Assembly: GCF_046119375.1 (NCBI RefSeq)
Contig: NW_027362763.1
Location: 149,296,001 to 149,360,000, forward strand
DNA from: Phyllobates terribilis
Taxonomy: Eukaryota
Reading direction: 5' to 3'
Length of the DNA: 64,000 nucleotides
Positions within the stretch are counted from its first letter, which is position 1, and each line of letters begins with the position of its first letter. Positions 12,551 to 24,479 of this stretch are shown one piece after another. Under the pieces are notes generated by a model. It was not told where the DNA came from, ran no database searches, and saw nothing but the letters and a program-made list of their open reading frames with translations. The translations under genes and the position numbers were made by a program.

Positions 12551-13033
12551 ACTGCAGCCAAAGTCACTTATTGTCATTGCTGAGTCACATACAAAGTGGC
12601 AGCCAGCCAGGAGCTAGCCTTAGGAGCCCGTAATGGCACTATATGAGCGCAGCTGCAATGTCCTTGTGGTGATGCAGAACTTCTGATTGAGTTCAGCGCT
12701 GTCAAGATCAAAATGACAATCAGTGGCTCTGCATCTCTGCATGGACACTGTAGTCCTTCTCATATAGTGCCATTGTTGGCTCTCATTGTTTACGTCTGTT
12801 TTTTTGCCACTCGATACTGTATGGAAGACAGGAGCCAGCGTTGCAATCTGTCAGTGACACTATGCAAGCTCGGCTTGGCTCTTGCAGTGTCTATTTAGAG
12901 CCATTGATTGAGTTCTTGCAGTGCTTGCATGCCTTTATTCAAGATATGACTGTGCTCAGTATGCAAATTGAGGAGGTGTAACAGTGATTTGAGCCCTTTG
13001 GCTACGCCAAAGTTGCACCGAAGCTTCCTCACT

Positions 13034-13041
<8 letters not shown>

Positions 13042-13091
<50 letters not shown>
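13042..13091. repeat. (TA)n microsatellite
   Basis: About 20 uninterrupted TA units, target region of the Tc1. Confidence 0.97.
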
Positions 13092-13235
13092 CAGTACAGA
13101 CCAAAATTTAAAGATTTTTCTTTATTTTCATGACTATGAAAATTGTACATTTACACTGAAGGCATCAAAACTATGAATTAACACATGTGGAATTATATAC
13201 TTATCAAAAAAGTGTGAAACAACTGAAAATATGTC
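13092..13235 (+). mobile_element. Extra partial Tc1 left TIR with internal deletion
   Basis: Copy of the 13250-13410 TIR segment lacking GTTTGGACACACCTTCTCA. Confidence 0.9.
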
Positions 13236-13249
13236 TATATATATATATA

Positions 13250-14697
13250 CAGTACAGACCAAAAGTTTGGACACACCTTCTCATTTAAAGATTTTTCTGT
13301 ATTTTCATGACTATGAAAATTGTACATTCACACTGAAGGCATCAAAACTATGAATTAACACATGTGGAATTATATACTTAACAAAAAAGTGTGAAACAAC
13401 TGAAAATATGTCTTATATTCTAAGTTCTTCAAAGTAGCCACCTTTTGCTTTGATGACTACTTTGCACACTCTTGGCATTCTCTTGATGATCTTCAAGAGG
13501 TAGTCACCGGAAATGGTTTTCACTTCACAGGTGTGCCCTGTCAGGTTTAATAAGTGGGAAAAATTGGGAAAACTTTGAAAGTATCCCCAAGTGCAGTTGC
13601 AAAAACCATCAAGCGCTACAAAAAAACTGGCTCACATGAGGACAGCCCCAGGAAAGGAAGACCAAGAGTCACCTCTGCTTCTGAGGATAAGTTTATCCGA
13701 GTCACCAGCCTCAGAAATCGCAGGATAATAGCAGCTCAGATTAGAGACCTGGTCAATGCCACACAGAGTTCTAGCTGCAGACACATCTCTTCAACAACTG
13801 TTAAGAGGAGACTTTGTGCAGCAGGCCTTCATGGTAAAATAGCTGCTAGGAAACCACTGCTAAGGACAGGCAACAAGCAGAAGAGACTTGTTTGGGCTAA
13901 AGAACACAAGGAATGGACATTAGACCAGTGGAAATCTGTGCTTTGGTCTGATGTGTCCAAATTTGAGATCTTTGGTTCCAACCACCGTGTCTTTGTGCGA
14001 CGCAGAAAAGGTGAACGGATGGACTCTACATGCCTGGTTCCCACTGTGAAGCATGGAGGAGGAGGTGTGATGGTGTGGGGGTGCTTTGCTGGTGTCACTG
14101 TTGGGGATTTATTCAAAATTGAAGGCATACTGAACCAGCATGGCTACCACAGCATCTTGAAGCTGCATGCTATTCCATCCGGTTTGCATTTAGTTGGACC
14201 ATCATTTATTTTTCAACAGGACAATGACCCCAAACACACCTTCAGGCTGTGTAAGGGCTATTTGACCAAGAAGAAGAGTGATGGGGTGCTACGCCAGATG
14301 ACCTGGCCTCCACAGTCACCAGACCTGAACCTAATCGAGATGGTTTGGGGTGAGCTGAACCGCAGAGTGAAGGCAAAAGGGCCAACAAGTGCTAAGCATC
14401 TCTTGGAACTCCTTCAAGATTTTTGGAAGACCATTTCCGGTGACTACCTCTTGAAGCTCATCAAGAGAATGCCAAGAGTGTGCAAAGCAGTCATCAGAGC
14501 AAAAGGTGGCTACTTTGAAGAACCTAGAATATAAGACATATTTTCATTTGTTTCACACTTTTTTGTTAAGTATATAATTCCACATGTGTTAATTCATAGT
14601 TTTGATGCCTTCAGTGTGAATTTACAATTTTAATAGTCATAATAATACAGAAAAATCTTTAAATGAGAAGGTGTGTCCAAACTTTTGGTCTGTACTG
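13250..14697 (+). mobile_element. Tc1-like transposon (IR/DR type)
   Basis: About 173-bp TIRs CAGTACAGACC... (13250-13422, 14525-14697), TA TSD, single transposase ORF. Confidence 0.97.
13554..14534 (+). CDS. Tc1 DD34E transposase, open but N-terminally truncated (native start deleted)
   Basis: GRPR motif; WSD, QQDNDPKH, SPDLNLIE catalytic motifs. The ORF begins at a GTG at an apparent deletion junction. Confidence 0.85.
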   Translation: MGKIGKTLKVSPSAVAKTIKRYKKTGSHEDSPRKGRPRVTSASEDKFIRVTSLRNRRIIAAQIRDLVNATQSSSCRHISSTTVKRRLCAAGLHGKIAARKPLLRTGNKQKRLVWAKEHKEWTLDQWKSVLWSDVSKFEIFGSNHRVFVRRRKGERMDSTCLVPTVKHGGGGVMVWGCFAGVTVGDLFKIEGILNQHGYHSILKLHAIPSGLHLVGPSFIFQQDNDPKHTFRLCKGYLTKKKSDGVLRQMTWPPQSPDLNLIEMVWGELNRRVKAKGPTSAKHLLELLQDFWKTISGDYLLKLIKRMPRVCKAVIRAKGGYFEEPRI

Positions 14698-16229
14698 TAT
14701 ATATATACAGACATACTACAGGTGTGATTTTTATAGGGGCCAAATCCCTTACATACAGTATCTGTATAAGTCGCTTTGTCATTCTTTGAGGTGGCACATG
14801 AGATGCTTACAGTTCAATATAATTTGTGGTGGCTGGAACGCCGTGTAAAGCTACACATGAGGTCTTACACTATTGTCATCCAAGCAATGAAACAATGACT
14901 ACATTAATGTTACCATTAGCTGATTACATGAAATGTGGAGAACATTGATTTTTCATATTTTTTGAAATATGAATGGTTACAGAAAACAAGTGAACAACAT
15001 CTGGTCTATTGAAATACAATTAGGCAACCCTAGGGTATTCATCTCTAAATCTGCTTATTAATAATGTTTATTAAAAAAGAATTCACCAAGGTAACCGCCT
15101 TGAGATGACGCTCGATATAGCGTAATAATAGTATGTATATATAACAGTTGGCCACATTGTAAAATACTACAGGCAATAATGAAGCATAAGTCATATAACT
15201 TTAGGGAATGTGTAACAATCTACGGTATCTACAGCATTTAGTATGTTCCAAATGATTATCACATTGTGTGGATATGACCAGCTGGTGCCATTATACTCTC
15301 CCCTAGCCGGCATGTTAGCCACAAACTGCTTCTCTCATTAGTGTCTCAATTTACACATCACGCACAGGTGTCAAGCAGTGAATGGTGCTGTGGTCATTAA
15401 AACTTCTTCACACCATCAAATAGAAGACATCAGCCCAGCACCTGCAAGATGTCCTACCAGGATGGAATATTTTAACAATGCATGCCGAGAAACGGAATTT
15501 TGTTAAAAATTGCCAATGAATGATATATGTTTGTTTGTTTTTTTTTTATTCAATGAATTTTTAGCAAATGATTAGAAGAAATTATTATTTTACCAATGCT
15601 TTCTAGAAAAACTGCTTAAAATGAATTATTTTTCTAGTTAAAAGATCAATTTTACTAATCCACTTGAAGCCTTGTTTGACAGCTTCTTCCAAAACAGTAG
15701 GGGATATGAGGAAAAATAAATGAAAGCAGCTGTCTTAAAAAAAAAAAATGAGGATGAGTTGAAAATATATTCATGAAGTTTTATCTCAACACCAATGTTG
15801 GGCTAGATTAAAATATGTTATGATCAGACTCTTACATATCTTTATATTCTGGTTGGATACATATAATTTTATAAATTACCTTTGGACATGTTCATTTAAT
15901 GGATTTTCTTCACCTCATGAATCAGTTCCTACATGTAAAAGAAAACAAAAATGTAATTTTTTTGCAAAATCTATGTGTACTTTTATTTAATTTAAAATTT
16001 GATGATCAGAGGTCACCAGAGACCATCACTATTTTCCTTAAGATATGACTCCATAGACTGAAGACATGATTTTTTTTGCTATGTCTAGTGCAAGAAAAAC
16101 TAGTTTGGCCTAGTGCACAAAGCTAAACCATACTCATTTTTTATAATTAGGTTCTGTATTGACTCTGGGAAAGAATATACTGTATTGTCCATAGCTCATG
16201 GCTTTGAGATGATTTTGGTAGAGTTAGAT

Positions 16230-16490
16230 TTGATAAGATAATGTTGGTAATGATCCTGAAAAAGATGGTTAAGGTCGTCTTGTTGGTTATGATAATGAAG
16301 ACGGTGTTGATGATGATGATGGTGGTGGAGGTAATGCTGATGATACTGATAATGATGGAGGTGAAGAGGCTGATGACAGTAGTGATAGTGAAAAAGGAAG
16401 GGATTGACCATGTAATGATGAAACTGATGGTGATTATGAAATTGGTATAGATTATCATGGTAGAAATGATGATTCTACCAGTAGTCATAA
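16230..16490. repeat. Degenerate (GAT/GGT)n low-complexity tract
   Basis: GAT-rich periodicity. The Asp/Gly-rich frame has stops, and the ORFs on both strands are low-complexity. Confidence 0.7.
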
Positions 16491-17307
16491 GTTGAGATGA
16501 GCAAATATGCCAAACTTAAATTCTCCACATCCTCAAAATTCTCCAGATTCTCAAAAATAAATGTGAAATTTAATTTGAGACCACCAACAAGCCACTATTT
16601 TGCTTAATCTGAATGAATAGAATCTAAAAAAAAATACGGGTTCTGGCTAATCACACTTTTTTTTGTGATCTTCTAAGCCAATTCAATCTGCTTTGAGTCA
16701 ATGTGCTCATCACTAATGATAAGAATGATGGTGGGACTGTTTGTTTGATCAAATTGTGACTGTGGAGATGATGATTGTTATGCTGACAATATTTTTTGCA
16801 GTAAATAGTATATCTAAAAATATTAGAAGCGTTCTTGTTCTTCTAAAAGCAGTGATGTTATCATTGTCTTTAGACTTCTTCCGGATTTGTCTTCCAATTA
16901 CATTCAATGAAAATAAAGTATATGAAGAAGTTGTCTTGGTTTGACTAAAACTCATATATTTTGCTATTAAAAACAGCATACAGACTATATGACTATTTTC
17001 ATTTTAGAGCAAAAATAAAATTGTATTACTTAGAATTTAAGATCAAATGAAAACTATGAATATTATTAAAATTTCTGTCCAAATAACTACATTTCTATGT
17101 TATTTTTTCTCCTTCTAGAAAAGAAGGTTAAATGATCAAACTTCTGCTACATGTATGTATCTGTGAAGTGTGACGAACGTCTGATATGACTCATTAATTT
17201 AATTGACTTTCAGATGACTGTAATTTCCCTGAGTTATTTTCCTGTTCACATTTAAAACAATGACTTAATTTGTGCACATCTTTAACTGCCAATAAGATAT
17301 CAACAAG

Positions 17308-17425
17308 AAGGCAGAGCGGCTGATAGTGCCTTCACCTGCCAGTTCTGGGGCCAAGAGTTCAAATTTGACGAAGGTAATATCTACAGGTGATTTGTAGGTT
17401 CATTTCATGTCTGTGAGTTTTCCAT
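17308..17425 (+). mobile_element. Degenerate tRNA-derived SINE (V-SINE-like)
   Basis: GAGTTCAAAT B-box followed by a decayed AAGGACAACATCTGCAAGGAGTTTGTATGTTC-like core; resembles 23297-23400. Confidence 0.5.
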
Positions 17426-17713
17426 GAATGCATAATGGTCCTATCACTAAATGTTCTTAGGGTGGAATTACCATAATAATATTTATGGTTCAGTGATTTG
17501 ACTGCTTGTTAAACTATAGAAACTTGATCTTGAAGGAAGCATACAACTTGACTTTATATATGTCCATTATTCCTTAATAGAATGAAGTTACAGTTGTATT
17601 TAAAATTACCATCAAGGGACGTGGCTAGCTGATGGCGGGGTAAGAGGCACACACTCCATGCCTGATTCACCCCTATAGCCCCTATAAATCTGAGAAATCT
17701 CTCCAAAACGTCT

Positions 17714-18601
17714 ATGGGAAAGACCAGAAGACTTACTAAGTCTAGCACAGATGTGGAAGGTGACCCAAACATCATGGACCATTTCCTGGCCTCAAATACT
17801 CTGACCCAACTCCGGAACACAAGGTCTAAAATGGTGTCGGCTGAGCAGCCAGACACCTCGCAGCTGCACGAACTTTGGTTATCAAGCAACCCTCATTGCA
17901 CACTGCCTGATAACTCTAGTGAAGATGATAAGGTCTCAAGATTTCAATCTTCATGATCTAAGCAAGCACCTTTGAGCATTATCTACCAAGAAGGACTTTG
18001 AAAGATTTGCATGTTGCTTGGAAGACACATAGAAGCGTGAACTCCAAAAGCTCAAATCGGAGTTCACTACCAGGGTGGAAGAGGTCGAGAAAACCGCTGT
18101 ACTAAACTGAAGGAGATTGTCTAAGGGATTGAGGATCTCAAAAATCGCAACAGATGGAAGAACAACCATATTTGTGGACTACCTGAGACCATTAACTCGT
18201 CTGAATTGGACGTTACTGCAAAGAAGCTCTTCTTAAAAATTCTGGGAGGCGGTGAATCAAACCCTATAAAGCTAGATTGTATCTATAGATCCCTGGGTCC
18301 CAAACTTACCACCGCAATACGTCCTAGAGATATAATCTGCAGAGTCCATTTTTTTTAAGCTAAAGAATCCATCATGGCCGCTGCCATGCAGACAGGAATT
18401 ATAGATTTCCAAGGTTCTCAAGTATCGCTTTTGCTGGACCTCGCAAGGTACACGCTACAGCTGAGCAGGGCATTGAGGCATATACTATCTCTATTGAAGG
18501 AGATAGACGTCCGAAGAAACAGAAGTGTGCCGATGTACCAGCTAAAGACACTTGAGCAGTTTTCATATTTGGCATGTTTTAGCTCTGCTTTCCTGGCCTA
18601 A
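17714..18601 (+). pseudogene. L1 ORF1p remnant
   Basis: IEDLKNRNRWKNNHICGLPE, RPRDIICRVHFF, KESIM, DLARYTL motifs, with stops and frameshifts. Confidence 0.85.
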
Positions 18602-19051
18602 ACTACATAGGCCATAGAATCTGAGTATATCTGGTAGTATACTGATAGTTACAATGGTATTGCTATTACTATATAATACTACCTAGCCCGTACTTACTCA
18701 TGGTGTTCTCATATTACATGATACCATATTATAATTTTTTATCTTATCTACCTACTCACTGTTTTTTTTTTAAATATCTGTATCTGCTCCTGAAAATATT
18801 GTGGCTATTTTTGTCTTTCCCCTTCCATTTTTTTCTGCTCCTTTCTGCTATTTGCTTCCTCCCATTCCCCTGGTGTGCGTGTTTATCGCCATTTAATTAC
18901 GCACATATGTCTATTGGGGTGTTAAATCCCTATCTCTCTCATTCCTGCTTAACCTTCTACGTCTTTTCTTTCTCACTTCTTTTCTTCTCCACCTATGGCC
19001 TAGACTGGTTTGCCAGTCTGAACTTCCTTATTCCGCTGATCCAAAACCAAT

Positions 19052-19341
19052 ATGAGTAACATTAAGTTTTGCATCTTTAATGTAAAGGGGCTCAACCTAC
19101 CAGAAAAAAGAGGACAAATTGCTTACTCCAATCACAAGCAAAGTGTTTCAGTTCTAATGATCAAAAAGACCCATTTTCGATCTAACTCGGTTCATAATTG
19201 TATCTCCAAATATTATCTGACCTGGTTGCACAGTACCAACCCTGTTTCTAAATCTAAAGGGGTGTCAGTGGCCTTCCACGAATCTTTTTCTCCTGTAGTT
19301 CTAAATTCTCTCATTGATAAATTAGACAGATATGTCTTTAT
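19052..19341 (+). pseudogene. L1 ORF2p part 1 (APE endonuclease N-terminus)
   Basis: FNVKGLN..EKR, KSKGVSVAF, DRYVF, then cut by the hAT TIR. Confidence 0.9.
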
Positions 19342-20032
19342 TAGTGATGAGCGAGCACTAAAATGCTCGGGTACTCGTTGCTCGGGTCGAGCAAACTGGA
19401 ATACTCGAGTGCTCGACCCAAGCAATGAGCCCAATACAAGTCTATGGGAAACTCAAGCATTTTTCAGACCGCTCCCCCCGGCGGTCTGCAGAGGGCCTAA
19501 AAATTGCCCAAATCGATGGGAACAGTGCTCAAATGACATGGGAACAGCATGGGGAGGACCCCTGGAAGCATCTCTGACTCCCAGATCACTGCTGTCAACA
19601 ACGTTGTCAGAGTATTACGCCACTTTTACGGACTCACAATAAAACATGCAAAAACAAAAACCAAAATAGATTTTCCTGGGAAATATGTTAAGGAACATCC
19701 TTTCCAGGGAAATGACTTGAATATAAGGCAAAATAAATAACCAAAAACAAAAATACTCCTCTACACCTTGGGATATATTCACACGTAGCGTTTTTGATGC
19801 GTTTTTGCACTTTTGCATTGCTTTCAACCAAGACAAATGCATTCACCAGAAAATGTCATTTTAACATTTTACAACCTTCTCTGGCAATGTGGCGTGTAAC
19901 ACATCATCAGACCCATGCATACAGTGTTGAAAAGACATGGGAACAGCATGGGGAAGGCCTCTTGAAGCATCTCTGACTCCCAGGTCACTGTCTAAAATTG
20001 TGCCCATCAGAAGTGATCCTTGGCGCATGCGA

Positions 20033-23000
20033 TGATGCCTCCCGCCTTGCACCTGTCGTTGCAGACTTGCAAAAATCACCGTCCACGTCCTTGTCCCACT
20101 GCAGCGTTCAGTTGTCCCTACCCCATTCATTGGAATGCAAGCGCAAGTATGCAGGCAGCCACCCACACACCCACAGGCTGCAATACTATACTGCCAAATT
20201 TTTGACTGCTGCTTGCACTTGAAATGTGGCCTTTTAGGCTCCAGGAGGCGGAAGCTTTTCATAACCTCATGCCGGCGGTGGCTGGGTGTCCATACTCGGT
20301 CCCTAGCCGCCACTATATTTCCCGTTATCGCCTCCGCCTTCCACAAGCACGGGTCCCACAACATTACCCGTGCCCTCCCCAGTGCACTTACTGGGAAGGA
20401 CCGCCTAACCACAAACACGTGGACAGGTGAATGTGGCCAGGCACGGTACGGAGCCAGTCCACAACTTTTTTTTGTTAAGAGTTGTATTTAGCTCGGTGAA
20501 CTGACTGGCATAGAGGGAAACCGTATCCACCCTGCGTGTCATTTCTCCCAGGAAGTCCTGTAATTGAGCTTGTTGCAGTAGCAATGGCAGCTCATCCAAC
20601 ATCAACTCGCACTTGTCGGTGGTGCTTTGACACACACACATCTTTCTTTGCGCATTTAATTTCTTGAATACAGAGTTGGACAATGGCCAGATCTGTAATG
20701 CGTTTTGAGAAATAACATGCATAAGTATGGCTGATTCACATTAAAAAAGCAGCAATAGAGTGTCCGGGAACCTTCTCCCACACTTTTCTTAGCCAGGGCT
20801 GCTTTTCGGCAAGGTTGGACGGGCCCACCTGAGAACCGGAGACTCCTCCGGCGGGCCCTGGGTTCTCCTTCAGGAGAGTTCATAGTGCCGAGGTGAGGCC
20901 AGGATGATGATAGAGGCCACCATCTGCTTAGTTTTCTGTTACCTAGAATGCAAGAGCAATAATGCAGCCAGAAACACACCAACCCACAGGCCGCAACACT
21001 AAACTGCCAGATTTCTGGGCAGCTGTTTGCACTTGAAATATGGCCTTTTAAGCTCGTAGAGGCGGAAGCTTTTCACAACCTCATGCCAGCGGCGGCCAGG
21101 TGTCCATACTCGGTCCCAAGCCACCACTATATTTACCGGTATCGCCTCCGTCTTCCACAAGCATGGGTCCCACAACATTACCCGTGTCCTCTCCAGTGCA
21201 CTTACTGGGAAGGACCGCCTAACCACAAACACATGGACAGGTGAATATGGCCAGGGACGGTACAGAGCCAGTCCACAACTTTTTTTGCTAAGAGTTGTAT
21301 TTAGCTCGGTGAAAGGACTTGCATAGAGGGAAACCGTATCTACCCTGCGTGTCATTTCTCCCAGGAAGTCCTGTAGCTGAGCTGGTTGCAGAAGCAATGG
21401 CAGCCCGTCCAACATCAACTCGTACTTGTTGGTGGTGCTTTGACTCACACACATCTTTCTTTGCGCATTTAATTTCTTGAATACAAAAATGGACAATGGC
21501 CTGATCTGTAATGCGGTTTGAGAAATATCATGCATAAACATGGCCGATCCACATTAAAAAAGCAGCCATAGAGTGTCCAGGTACCTTCCCCCACACTTTT
21601 CTTAGCCAGGGCTGCTTATCGGCAGGGTTGGACGGGCCCACCAGAGAACCGGAGACTCCTCCGGCAGGCCCTGGCTTCTACTTCAGGAGCGTTCATAGTG
21701 CCGAGGTGAGGCCATGATGATGATAGAGGCCACCATCTGCTTAGTTTTCTGTTACTTGGAATGCAAGTGAAAATATGCAGCCAGCCACCCGCCCACCCAC
21801 AGGCCGCAACACTAAACTGCCAGCTTTATGGGCAGCTCTTTGCACTTGAAATATGGCCATTCAAGCTCGTGGAGGCGGAAGCTTTTCACAACCTCATGCC
21901 GGCGGCGGCCGTGTGTCCATACTCAGTCCCCAGCCGCCACTATATTTCCCGGTATCGCCTCCGCCTTACACAAGCACGGGTCCCACAACATTACCCGTGC
22001 CCTCCACAGTGCACTTACTGGGAAAGACCGCCTAACCACAAACACGTGGACAGGTGAATGCGGCCAGGGACGGTACGGAGCCAGTGCACAAGTTTTTTTG
22101 CTGACATTTGTATTTAGCTCGGTGAAAGAACTGGCATAGAGGGAAACCGTATCTATCCTGCGTGTCATTTCTCCCAGGAAGTCCTGTAATTGAGCTTGTT
22201 GCAGAAGCAATGGCAGCCCGTCCAACATCAACTCGCACTTGTCGGTGGTGCTTTGACACACACACATCTTTCTTTGCGGATTTAATTTCTTGAATACAGA
22301 GTTGGACAATGGCCTGATCTTTTATGCGGTTTGAGAAATAACATGCATAAGCATGACCGATCCACATTAAAAAAGCAGCCATAGAGTGTACGGGAACCTT
22401 CCCCCACACTTTTCTTAGCCAGGGCTGCTTTTCGGCAGGGTTGGACGGGCCCACCAGAGAACCGGAGACTCTTCCGGCGGGCCCTGGCTTCTCCTTCAGG
22501 AGAGTTCATAGTGCCAAGGTGAGGCCATGATGATGATAGAGGACACCATCTGCTTAATTTTCTGTTACTTGGAATGCAAGTGCAATTATGCAGCCAGCCA
22601 CCCACCCACCCAGACCCGCAACACTAAACTGCCAGATTTCTGAGCTGCTCTTTGCACTCCAAATATGGCCTTTTAAGCTCATGGAGGCGGAAGCTTTTCA
22701 CAGCCTCAAGCCAGCGGCGGCTGGGTGTCCATACTCGGTCCCAAGCCGCCACTATATTTCCCGGTATCGCCTCCGCCTTCCACAAGCACGGGTCCCACAA
22801 CATTACCCGTGCCCTCCCCAGTGCACTTACTGGGAAGGACAGCCTAACCACAAACACATGGACAGGTGAATGTGGCCAGGGACGGTACGGAGCCAGTCCA
22901 CAATTTTTTTTGCTAAGAGTTGTTTTTAGCTCGGTGAAAGTACTGGCATAGAGGGAAACCGTATCTACCCTATGTGTCATTTCTCCCAGGAAGTCCTCTA
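20033..23000 (+). repeat. About 813-bp tandem unit x about 3.5-4: inverted hAT transposase fragment + unidentified about 550-bp spacer
   Basis: GGACAGGTGAAT recurs at 20421, 21235, 22048 and 22860. The plus strand encodes WPFKLVEAEAFHNLM..SVPSRHY..HLTTDTWT-like hAT sequence. Confidence 0.93.
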
Positions 23001-23296
23001 AAGCTTCTTGCAGTTGAAATGTGGCCTGAACATTACTGCTGATACTTTTTTGTGGGAATTTGCTTGCCTCCTACCAGCCTTGAATATATCCAGCAAACTA
23101 TGGTATGACGCCATTTTATTAGCACTGCCCCCAGTACCAGTAGCGAAGCCATCCCCAATTTCCTTCTCAGGAATTTTATTTGGTTTGAGTGGCTGCCCAA
23201 TTACATTTTCTCACAAAGGAGCTGAAGATAGAGTGGCAGTAGGTGTAAGTTTCTCCAGCCTGTCAGATATTAGAGGGTGAACGGCAGCACATTGAA

Positions 23297-23400
23297 TCAG
23301 TGGTTAGCACTGAAGCCTTGCAGCGCTGGGATCCTGGGTTCAAGGACAACATCTGCAAGAACTTTGTATCTTCTCCCAGTGTTTGCGTGTGTTTCCTCCT
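23297..23400 (+). mobile_element. tRNA-derived V-SINE-like fragment inside hAT-B
   Basis: TCAGTGGTTAGCACTG (A box), GGGTTCAA (B box), AGGACAACATCTGCAAG..TTTGTAT..TCTCCC.GTGTTTGCGTG.GTTTCCTCC core. Confidence 0.75.
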
Positions 23401-23734
23401 CAGGAAAAAAGCAGCCATAGAGTGTCCGGGAATCCTCCCACATACTTTTCTTAGCCAGGACTGCTTCTCGGCAGGGTTGGACGGTCCCACCAGAGAAACC
23501 TCTGGTGTGCCTTGGCTTCTACCTCAGGAGAGTTCATGATAGCGCTAACTTTGCAGCTGCTATGGGGCTCTTGAGCGGGTGAGAAAGGTTAGTCCTCAGA
23601 ATCAAATCCTCTGGTGGGCACAATGTTTTTCAATCTGAAGAAACTTTTCAGTGTGAGTTGTATTTCACCACAGCCATATTCTTTAGCTCGGTGAAAGGAC
23701 TGGCATAGATGGAAACCGTATCTACCCCGGCTGT

Positions 23735-23980
23735 CATTTCTCCGTCACTAGGTTCCGCCCATTGTCACACACGACCATGCCTGGCTGTATGTTCAGTGGT
23801 GAGAGCCACAGATACGGCTGCTGTGTTACAGCTTTCAACAACTCTGCAGCGCTGGGCGATTTGTCAATTAAGCATTAAGCATGTTATCTTCAGCACAGCC
23901 TGTTGCCGCTTGGCCAAGGCAGTGCTGCAGTGCTGTCAGCTTGTGACTGATGCGGTCATTTCGGAGATGCATGAGCTGAA
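23735..23980 (-). pseudogene. Second isolated hAT transposase fragment (QQAVLK..VCDN region)
   Basis: Aligns by eye to 34460-34685 in the same orientation. Confidence 0.85.
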
Positions 23981-24479
23981 AAATGTGAATACATTGAGGT
24001 TACGCTGTTTTTTATACTAAAGAAAGATTCTATTGTTTTGGGTTTTTTTACGTTACTTTTTAAGACAAATGCATTCACCGGCAAATGTCATTTTAACATT
24101 TTACAACCTTATCTGGCAATGTGGTGTATGACACATCATCAGACACATCCTGTTTTATTTGTGAGGGACTCTGAAACTCATAAAGCCTATTTTTATTGAG
24201 ACATCAGACGGCCCTTACTATTCTTAAAGGCCAGCAGTCGGCCCTAGCTATTGTTAGAGAGCCATCAGCCGGCTATGCTTTGTTGCTCCCATTATTAACA
24301 AGTGGGTCTCCTATACTGTTATTGCGTATTCAGTGACTGCAACGGCTGCCAAAAATTTGGACGCAGCCCAATACCCCTTTGAAGAGACAGAGGAGGGTCT
24401 CAGTAAAACAAATGTTCCCATTATAAAGGAGCAGGTCTCCTATAGTGGTAATGCCCATGTTGTGACTGCAAGGGCTGCC

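Larger units (their letters stand above)
11087..14808. mobile_element. Degenerate foldback MITE (Kolobok/T2-like) hosting the solo LTR and the Tc1
   Basis: Inverted arms: 11220-11270 vs 12960-13045 (AATTTGCAT/ATGCAAATT; GGGGCTTCAGTAC/GCACCGAAGCTTCC) and 11100-11170 vs 14720-14800. Exact ends uncertain. Confidence 0.5.

Noticed and set aside
16147-16979. Hydrophobic or Asp-rich ORFs suggesting a membrane or acidic protein
   Set aside because: Derived from a degenerate GAT repeat; the Asp-rich frame has several stops.
17601-17615. L1 TSD (TAAAATTACCATCAA vs TTAATTTACCCTAAA near 51062)
   Set aside because: Only about 11/15 match in AT-rich DNA; too weak to call.
22330-22454. Globin-like words (PAEK..VWGKV.GH) in a minus-strand frame
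   Set aside because: Spacing to the CD1 Phe and E7 His does not fit a globin fold, and the frame is broken in other copies.
23297-23345. tRNA gene
   Set aside because: A and B boxes are present but there is no cloverleaf; it continues into a SINE core.
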